Program-made: the position numbers and the translations under genes | NCBI GenBank assembly: GCA_039680575.1 | Contig: JBDKSP010000021.1 | Span: 1-64,000 of the forward strand | DNA from: Armatimonadota bacterium | GTDB lineage: Bacteria > Armatimonadota > UBA5829 > DTLH01 | DNA: 64,000 nt | Direction of reading: 5' to 3' | Shown: positions 1 through 7,328 of the stretch, piece after piece | How the letters are laid out: each line of letters begins with the position of its first letter | Position numbering within the stretch: the stretch's first letter is position 1 | The notes under the pieces: generated by a model | The model's database searches: none | What the model was told of the DNA's origin: nothing | What the model saw: only the letters and a program-made list of their open reading frames with translations

Positions 1-1
1 G

Positions 2-276
2 CGCATCCGCAAAGAGTTTGTTCTGGGCGGACTGGAGTCTGCCTTGTATGATAAACCGCGTCCCGGAGCCGCGCCTAAGATCACAGGTGATATTGAGGCA
101 AGAATAACCATGCTTGCCTGCTCAAAACCACCCGAAGGTCATGCCCGGTGGACACTAAGGCTTCTTGCCGATAAAGCCGTCGAGTTGGAGTATATAGATT
201 CTATATCGCATACGGCAATCTCTGAGCGTCTAAAAAAAACGCTATCAAACCCTGGATTCAGAAGACCTGGATTTGA
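2..276 (+). mobile_element. Truncated IS630-family transposase (HTH ORF plus start of second frame)
   Basis: Frame open from window start: ...LYDKPRPGAAPKITGDIEARITMLACSKPPEGHARWTLRLLADKAVEL... An A8 tract (232-239) leads in the -1 frame to KKNAIKPWIQKTWI*, the typical IS630 junction. No DDE domain follows. Confidence 0.8.
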
Positions 277-293
277 TGTGAGGCTCATTCAAT

Positions 294-1893
294 TTGGTTA
301 TTGGAAATAACAATAAGAACATACAGCATACAAGGCACAAAGCGGTTATCTATGCCCGCGTTTCCTCTAAAGAGCAGGAGAAAGAGGGCTTCTCAATACC
401 CGCACAACTCAAGCTCTTGCAGGGCTATGCAGAACAGCACGGCTTCAAGGTTGTGCAGGAGTTCACAGACGTGGAAACGGCAAAAAAGCAGGTCGCACAG
501 CATTCAATGAGATGATAGCCTTCCTGAAGAAGCAGAACGCGGGCAAGCAAACCGGCCAACCGTGCCGTGCTATTCTGGTGGAAAAGACAGACCGCCTATA
601 CCGCAACCTCAAGGACTGGGTGACGCTGGATGAACTCGGCTTGGAAATCCACTTTGTAAAGGAAGGCGTTGTGCTTTCCAATGACTCCCGCTCAGCCGAG
701 AAGTTCATGCACGGCATTAAAGTGCTGATGGCAAAGAACTACATCGACAACCTTTCGGAGGAAACGAAGAAGGGCATGCTCGAAAAGGCCGCACAGGGGA
801 TTTATCCGTCATTTGCGCCGATTGGGTACTTGAATGTCGAGTGCAACGATAGACGTTATATACAACCAGACCCAAAGACTGCCCCAACAATCAAGAAGCT
901 CTATGAGTGGTATGCAAGTGGAAGCTACTCCCTCAAAGCTATAACGGATAAGGCTCATGAAGAAGGATTGCGTTCCGTAAGTCAGGGGCCAAGATTCTGA
1001 AAAGCCATGTCCATCAAATACTTACCAACTGCATATACTATGGTGAGTTCGACTGGGACGGACAGACCTACCAAGGGATTCATGAACCTCTGGTATCGCG
1101 GGAACTGTGGAAGAAGGTGCAAGACGTGTTATCCGACAACGGGAATCATCGAGCACGGCAACAGAAGCATGAATGGGCATTTCAAGGCTTGGTTTCATGC
1201 GGTCATTGTGGCTGTGCGCTGACGGCTGAAAAGAAAAAAGGCCGGTACGTGTATTACCACTGTACCGGCCACAAAGGGTGTCCTGAGAAGTATGTGCGTG
1301 AGGAAGTCCTCGCAGAGCAGTTCGGGGAAGCTCTGAAGGCTATCAAGCTTGAGGGTGATGTGCTGGAATGGGTTGTCTCTGCTCTAAAGTCCAGCCATGA
1401 GGATGAACAGCGATACCACAACGAGATAATCTCATCTCTACAACGGGATTATGCGCGGCTTCAGCATCGGCTTGACCAAATGTATGTAGATAAGCTGGAC
1501 GGCAAAATCTCTCAAGAATTCCATGACCAGAAGAGCGCTGAATGGCGCAAGGAACAGTCCGAAGTCCATAGAAAGATGGAGAAACACGAGAATGCCAACT
1601 ACTCTTACATGGAAGAGGGCATAAAAATTCTCGAACTCTCAAATCGAGCGTGGGAGCTGTATGAAAAGCAGGAAATGACCGAAAAACGGAGACTGCTGGA
1701 TTTTGTATTCTCGAACTCTACATGGGCCTGTGGAAAACTCACGCCGAATTACAAGAAACCCTTCGATTTGATCTCAGAAATGGTGGTATTTCAAAAAGAG
1801 GAAGAAGAGAGAACGGGTACAAAGTTCGATAAAACTGCCCAAAATGAAAACTGGCTCCCCCGCGTGGACTCGAACCACGAACCTACTGGTTAA
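294..1893 (+). pseudogene. Large serine recombinase/integrase split by two frameshifts
   Basis: Catalytic YARVSSKEQ, VEKTDRLYRN, recombinase domain (ILTNCIYYGEF...GIHEPLVSRELW), CGHCG zinc ribbon and coiled coil. Frameshifts at ~482-487 and ~970-975. Confidence 0.85.
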
Positions 1894-1927
1894 CAGCCAG
1901 CCGCTCTGCCGATTGAGCTACAGGGGA
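1852..1927 (-). tRNA. tRNA-Asn (GTT)
   Basis: Reverse complement TCCCCTGTAGCTCAATCGGCAGAGCGGCTGGCTGTTAACCAGTAGGTTCGTGGTTCGAGTCCACGCGGGGGAGCCA: 76 nt, cloverleaf, GTT anticodon, encoded CCA. Confidence 0.97.
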
Positions 1928-1944
1928 GCGTATCTAACACGGGA

Positions 1945-1973
1945 ATTATACCAAACGACTTATCTGGTGTCAA
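1945..1973 (-). promoter_or_regulatory. Sigma70 promoter of tRNA-Asn
   Basis: Perfect TTGACA-17 bp-TATAAT on the minus strand just upstream of the tRNA. Confidence 0.85.
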
Positions 1974-1996
1974 CAATACGCAGTAAATTTACCAAG

Positions 1997-3346
1997 CTAA
2001 TGGCTCGTGAGTTTCGACTGAGCCCCACGGAGCATTTTAGCGGCAATTTCCGATTTAGGGTTTTCGTCTCGCAGTGCCCGGAACTCGTCAACAGCCTGTT
2101 TGTTCAAGCCGACTGATTCGTAGACAGTGCCGAGGACAAGATGCGAGTTATGGTATTCACGCTCTGCGCGAGAGATGAGATCGGACTCTTTGCCGGTAAG
2201 AACACGGAAACTGGCAGCCCGGGAAGATTCCCATTCCGCCATTTCACCTCTCCGTGCCATAATCCGCCATTTATAGAAACCGCCAGGGAGTTCCTGTTCC
2301 GGCTGGTAGTTTGCGTCTTTTGTTTCGACATGGACGACAGGTGTGCCGTCATATTTGTAGATCTCTACCCTGTATTTGGATGCGCCTTCTACAGGTTCCC
2401 AGCTAAATGTCGCATCACGTTCTGCAATCGCATCCGGGGCAGGGGACATCTTGAGATCGATAGGGTCCCAGTAACCTCTAAGCGCACCGGTCGGCGCCAT
2501 CGCAACTTGAAAACTTGAAGGAGCAGAACCGGTCTTTACCTTCTTTTCGACAAGTGCAGCAATCTGGGCTTCCAAGTCCTTGCCGTTGGTCTTGATTGCG
2601 ATATTTCCGCCGCTCTTTCCTACGGTTACGCCGCCGTCATGCACTTCAGCGACGAATACGGGCTCCTCTGGAGTCTTAGGAGCAGCAACAGGTCTGACAT
2701 GAGGCATATTATGCTTTTTGACCAGGCCATTAGCTTTAGAATCCGACTTTATATTCAAATCCATAGGCGGATTCGACTTTATACCGTGTCTTGCCTCAGG
2801 GCTTCCGGTAGGCGGGACGACTGCAACTCTATCGGTTTTGACAGGTTTCTTCTCGGCTAGCGGTTTATTTACAACGGGTCCCGTTTGAGACATAAGGAAG
2901 ATAGCAGTAACCGCCGCGATACCGCCGGCTGTGGCTGTGACGTTCTTCCAGCTAAAGATATTCCAATGCTGCCGTGGTCTTGCATAAAGCCCGGGGCGAA
3001 CCGTTATCTGCGGGGCGAGCGAAGCTCTAGACCGTGCTGCCTGAAGCGTCTCAACATCTCTTGAGCAGTATTCGCACATGCCGATATGCCGCTCGATCCA
3101 CTGGTGGGTCTCATGCGAGAGAGTTTCATCCACATAAGCGGACAATTCTTCGTATTCGGGACAGCCTTCGGCAGCGAGAACAGCGTCACCGATAGACCAT
3201 GCAGCGCGTTTATATTCGGTAAGGGCAGCCAGTTTCTCACGGCAAGCCGGACACGAACGTATATGTTCAGCCGCGCCGGGTATATCTTTTGCCGGAATTG
3301 CGCCGAGAAGATACAGCTTCAGTTGTTTGTCGTTAAAGCACTGCAT
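1997..3346 (-). CDS. Anti-sigma-like membrane protein with two zf-HC2 zinc fingers and a C-terminal beta-sandwich/TPR-like region
   Basis: HIRSCPAC and HIGMCEYC motifs, one TM helix, Pro/Lys-rich linker. Confidence 0.65.
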   Translation of the reverse strand: MQCFNDKQLKLYLLGAIPAKDIPGAAEHIRSCPACREKLAALTEYKRAAWSIGDAVLAAEGCPEYEELSAYVDETLSHETHQWIERHIGMCEYCSRDVETLQAARSRASLAPQITVRPGLYARPRQHWNIFSWKNVTATAGGIAAVTAIFLMSQTGPVVNKPLAEKKPVKTDRVAVVPPTGSPEARHGIKSNPPMDLNIKSDSKANGLVKKHNMPHVRPVAAPKTPEEPVFVAEVHDGGVTVGKSGGNIAIKTNGKDLEAQIAALVEKKVKTGSAPSSFQVAMAPTGALRGYWDPIDLKMSPAPDAIAERDATFSWEPVEGASKYRVEIYKYDGTPVVHVETKDANYQPEQELPGGFYKWRIMARRGEMAEWESSRAASFRVLTGKESDLISRAEREYHNSHLVLGTVYESVGLNKQAVDEFRALRDENPKSEIAAKMLRGAQSKLTSH

Positions 3347-3568
3347 TTTAATAGCCTATCATACGTCTGGTCTTGATTATCGGAAGACGCAGTAATAATC
3401 ACCATCTTGCCAGGCTAACTTACCGGTTTTTGGGTGGATGTTTAAAACAGACAGCCTGCGCCGTTATAGCATACATAGACGTATCAGCATCACAGCTATT
3501 ACCTACAGAAATTTGGCAGTCGATGTAACGAGTAAGCAATGTCATTTTACCCAAAACTCTTTAGTGGC

Positions 3569-4927
3569 TTAAGGACTCCAGCGTTCAATTACGATCTTTT
3601 TCGCATGGTCTTTATCCCATTGTTTGAGGCGGCCTTCTATCACTTCGTTTGTGAGATAATCTTTGATTTCGCCGACCAGGGCTCCCGGCTCTATGCCCAG
3701 AATATCCATTATCTCCCGTCCAGTCAGCGGACTTGCCATCGCCTCCACATCCGTCTCGGATTTCACCTTTTCGATGTGCTGCCGGAGTTTGTCGAGATCG
3801 ACGGAAGGCATTGACATATTCGCAGCGGATTTATCGGCATGGGTCAGTGTTATAAGCGCATCTAGGTCCGGTCCGGCGTCACGTATCAGCCTGCGGACGG
3901 CTGCGTCTTTCCATTCTTCGTCATATTCGCCGACTCTCAAATGCATATCGATGATTTTGACGACGCGGGCGGTTATTTCGTTAGGATACCGGAGGCGGCT
4001 TAATACTTTTCTTGTTATATTCGCCCCGACGTGCTGGTGTGTGTAAAAATGCACCTGTCCTTCACCATCTATGGAGCGGGTTGCGGGTTTTCCGATGTCA
4101 TGAAACAGCGCTGCAAGTCTCAGGTGAAGCTCGGAGTCTTCCGGCAGGATTTCGAGCGCCTTTAATGTGTGAGTCCATACATCATATATATGGTAGATGT
4201 TTTGCGTGATGCCGTACATTTCCTCGAGTTCCGGCGCAAACTCCGATAGGAGCCCGGTTTCGCGGAGCATCTCGACAGCTCTGGCTCGTTCCCGTGTCAT
4301 GAGCATCTTCGAGAACTCATCCCTTATGCGTTCTTTGCTGATAATCTCCAACCGGTGGTATTTTTTATGGATTGCCTGGTAAGTCTCATCATCTATCCTG
4401 AAACGGAACCGGACCGCGAACCTTATTGCTCTCAGCATCCGCAGCGGATCGTCTTCGAACGTCAAGAGGGGGTCCGCAGGGGTCTGGATAACACCGTCCT
4501 TCAGGTCGATCATTCCACGGCCGGTGAGATCCAATACCTCGTCGGTGTGCAGGTTTTCCATCAGGGTATTGATAGTGAAATCCCTTCGATAAGCGTCTGC
4601 AGCAAGGGTGGCTGGCACGACATCCGGTTTGCGGCTCTCCGGTGCGTAGGATTCGCTTCTGGCGCTTACAAGCTCCACCTGTTGTCCGCCGACAGATATC
4701 ATAGCCGTTCCGAACCTGGGGAAGATGACGGGTTTGTAATCGGTTATCCCTTTATCGAAAAGAAAAGCGGCCAGAGAGGCGGCATTACCCTCGAGTACTA
4801 TGTCTATATCTTCCTCGAGAGGCAGGCCGAGTATCTTATCGCGTACGATACCGCCGACGAGATACAGCCTGCCCTCGTAATCCGTTCCCTGGGTCGCGTC
4901 TCTAAGTATGTCAAGGGCATCAGCCAT
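3569..4927 (-). CDS. cca: CCA tRNA nucleotidyltransferase with HD domain
   Basis: GGIVRD, DIDI, RRDFTIN, DDPLRMLRAIRF and HDIGKP motifs. Confidence 0.88.
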   Translation of the reverse strand: MADALDILRDATQGTDYEGRLYLVGGIVRDKILGLPLEEDIDIVLEGNAASLAAFLFDKGITDYKPVIFPRFGTAMISVGGQQVELVSARSESYAPESRKPDVVPATLAADAYRRDFTINTLMENLHTDEVLDLTGRGMIDLKDGVIQTPADPLLTFEDDPLRMLRAIRFAVRFRFRIDDETYQAIHKKYHRLEIISKERIRDEFSKMLMTRERARAVEMLRETGLLSEFAPELEEMYGITQNIYHIYDVWTHTLKALEILPEDSELHLRLAALFHDIGKPATRSIDGEGQVHFYTHQHVGANITRKVLSRLRYPNEITARVVKIIDMHLRVGEYDEEWKDAAVRRLIRDAGPDLDALITLTHADKSAANMSMPSVDLDKLRQHIEKVKSETDVEAMASPLTGREIMDILGIEPGALVGEIKDYLTNEVIEGRLKQWDKDHAKKIVIERWSP

Positions 4928-5555
4928 TGTTAAGTCGGCCTATGGCATCATTGATGGACTGTTCGAGTTCCTGCTGCCGGATTGTGACTGTGAGGTCGCC
5001 TCTCGTCCGTTCCAGCACGCCGCGGACCATATCGGTAGTGCGTCGAAGTCCTCCTGTGAGCGCATCAGGGTAATCGAATGTGACCAGGATATAGTATGCC
5101 TCATCCATAACCTGAAGTATCTGCTCTCCGCGTTCATACTCGCCAAGCCGGATGATGTCCAGCACGCGCCTGCGGCATTCCCCGACGGCTTCTCCAAGCC
5201 CGTTCAGGTAGGGAGCGCACTCGACACCTATTTCCTGGTGGCTGGGCAGCCGGTCGTTCAGGACGATTGCCATTGTGAGTATCGACTCGGCGTGCTCTTT
5301 CTGCGCGTCCTGAACATAACCAGTATAATAGATGTCCAGATGCGCCTGAAGCAACTCCTTAGTTTCGATTACCTTCTTTCTGGCTTCGCTGATAAGCTGT
5401 CTTGCGTCGTCGAATTCATCTCTGTGAATCGCTCGGATCGCATTTGCGGAGTTTCGGATGATCTCACGGGAGAGCTTCAGCGCCTGCTCACGAGCGGAGT
5501 TTTTAAGGTCGAGTTCTGACCGTATATCTTCGGCTATAGTTCCAAGATTATCCAA
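4920..5555 (-). CDS. Translin/TRAX (C3PO)-family protein
   Basis: All-helical 211 aa with REQALKLSREI, QKEHAE and YLNGLGEAVGECRR motifs, plus LRRTTDMVRGVLERT. Confidence 0.85.
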   Translation of the reverse strand: MDNLGTIAEDIRSELDLKNSAREQALKLSREIIRNSANAIRAIHRDEFDDARQLISEARKKVIETKELLQAHLDIYYTGYVQDAQKEHAESILTMAIVLNDRLPSHQEIGVECAPYLNGLGEAVGECRRRVLDIIRLGEYERGEQILQVMDEAYYILVTFDYPDALTGGLRRTTDMVRGVLERTRGDLTVTIRQQELEQSINDAIGRLNNG

Positions 5556-5597
5556 CTTTCTGATCCTTTCCTTATCTTTTGTATTGACTGATAGAGT

Positions 5598-5626
5598 ATT
5601 TTAGCCGACCAGACACGAAACGGCAA
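5598..5626 (-). promoter_or_regulatory. Putative sigma70 promoter of translin-cca
   Basis: TTGCCG-17-TAAAAT on the minus strand. Confidence 0.55.
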
Positions 5627-5641
5627 GCCCGGCTCAGCGCT

Positions 5642-5704
5642 GGCCGCATGGCAGCCTGACGGCTGCATGGCAGCCTGACGGCTGCATGGCAGCCTATCGG
5701 CTGC
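5642..5704. repeat. 19-bp palindromic tandem repeat (3.3 copies)
   Basis: Unit GGCTGCATGGCAGCCTGAC at 5642, 5661 and 5680, partial at 5699. Confidence 0.9.
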
Positions 5705-5708
5705 CTAG

Positions 5709-5737
5709 TTGACACAGATGCGCTTTGGAAGTAAGAT
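5709..5737 (+). promoter_or_regulatory. Putative sigma70 promoter of the Zn-ribbon-sbcDC operon
   Basis: TTGACA-17-TAAGAT. Confidence 0.65.
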
Positions 5738-5816
5738 TTCCGAGTGCAGCAATCAGCATATATACAAATAATTGTATCTCCATAAGTATTCCCGGAGTTG
5801 GAGGATTAAAGAACCT

Positions 5817-6182
5817 TTGAGCAAGAAGAAATACGATACTATCCGTGATCTTGAAGGACAGCACATCGGGTTGTTCAAGAAGGCAGGGATTATAGGGTTG
5901 ATCGGACTGGTTCTTGCCATGTTTGGGTCCGGCACGGTTTTGACGATTTTCGGAATCGGAATGATTGTCATAGGCGCAGGGATATTCTTCTACGGTATGA
6001 TAGTGATGATGAGAATACAGAAAGAGCCTACCAGGACTGTTTATTGCCCTTACTGTGCCAGCAAGAACGATCTGTTTATAAGCAGACAGGAATTCGCCTG
6101 TGATATCTGCGGGCGGAGAATAAAGATCTCTCCGTCAGGCGAACCGATTCCCATCGAACCTATCGATGACGATGATGATTAG
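5817..6182 (+). CDS. Small membrane protein with C-terminal zinc ribbon
   Basis: Two TM helices, CPYC...CDIC. GGAGG precedes TTG at 5817. Confidence 0.7.
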   Translation: MSKKKYDTIRDLEGQHIGLFKKAGIIGLIGLVLAMFGSGTVLTIFGIGMIVIGAGIFFYGMIVMMRIQKEPTRTVYCPYCASKNDLFISRQEFACDICGRRIKISPSGEPIPIEPIDDDDD

Positions 6183-6197
6183 GCCCCCCAGTAGATT

Positions 6198-7328
6198 ATG
6201 AGAATAGCACATCTAGCGGATGTCCACCTTGGGTATCGCGCGTACAACCGAGTGACTCGCCAGGGTATGAACCTGCGCGAGGCGGACGTGTTCAATGTAT
6301 TCCGGCAGGCAATGAGGAAGGTCGTGGAGATCCAACCGGACCTGATTGTCATCGCAGGAGACCTTTTCCACGTCGTCCGACCGTCGAACCTGTGTATCGA
6401 GAATACCTTTAAAGAGTTTAAAAATATACGCAATAAAATGAAAGCGCCGATTATTCTGATTGGTGGAAATCATGACTCACCTCGCTCGATAGACACCGGA
6501 TGCATTCTTGATCTGCTGACAAATATACCCGGTGTATATGTGGCGCACAGCGATTACAGAGGCATAGCCATTCCAGAGATCGATACGACAGTCTTCTGCC
6601 TCTGCCACCGTGCCCTCGCGGGGCTTTCCGGCCTCAAAATCGAACCTGATCCGGCAAGCCGGTATAATGTGCTGGCAGTACACGGCACACTGGAAGGAAT
6701 ATCACGGAATTTCTACGATGTCACGCAGCCGATAACCCGCGCGCAGATCATGCACGACGGCTGGGACTATATCGCCCTCGGACATTATCATTTGCACGAG
6801 AAACTGGCCGATAACTCATACTATTCCGGCTCGCTCGAATATACGAGCTTCAACATCTGGGAGGAATCGAACAAGCCGAAAGGGTTCATCGAGTTCGATC
6901 TGGATGAACGCAAGCTGGTAAAGTTTCATAAAACGAACCCGAGAGAAGTAATCGACCTGCGGGCTGTGGATGCCGAAGAGCTTACCGCCGCGGAGATAAG
7001 CCAGTTGATACAGATGAGGGTCGAAGGCATCTCCGGCGGGCACAAAGAGAAGGTAGTTCGGCTTGTAGTCGATAATGTGCCGAAATCCGTAATCCCGGAC
7101 CTGGACTACCAGTCGATCCGCAGGATACGAAGCGAAGCGGTGCATTTCGATGTCCAGCTGAGACCCCGCAAGAAAGAATCTATAGTAACTACGAACGGGG
7201 AATCGCGGACGTCTCTTCCTCTTGAGGAGGAATGGCGCCAATTTGCAAAGGGCTACGAACTCCCCGGAGGCATCGACAGAGAAAGCCTCGTATCGGAGGG
7301 GCTGGAATATATTGGCGGTGTTGAGTAA
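6198..7328 (+). CDS. sbcD: SbcD/Mre11 nuclease
   Basis: HLADVHLG, AGDLFH, GNHD and ALGHYH motifs; adjacent to SMC ATPase. Confidence 0.9.
   Translation: MRIAHLADVHLGYRAYNRVTRQGMNLREADVFNVFRQAMRKVVEIQPDLIVIAGDLFHVVRPSNLCIENTFKEFKNIRNKMKAPIILIGGNHDSPRSIDTGCILDLLTNIPGVYVAHSDYRGIAIPEIDTTVFCLCHRALAGLSGLKIEPDPASRYNVLAVHGTLEGISRNFYDVTQPITRAQIMHDGWDYIALGHYHLHEKLADNSYYSGSLEYTSFNIWEESNKPKGFIEFDLDERKLVKFHKTNPREVIDLRAVDAEELTAAEISQLIQMRVEGISGGHKEKVVRLVVDNVPKSVIPDLDYQSIRRIRSEAVHFDVQLRPRKKESIVTTNGESRTSLPLEEEWRQFAKGYELPGGIDRESLVSEGLEYIGGVE

Noticed and set aside
5642..5704. Possible CRISPR mini-array
   Set aside because: Units are directly tandem with no unique spacers, and no cas genes are in the window.
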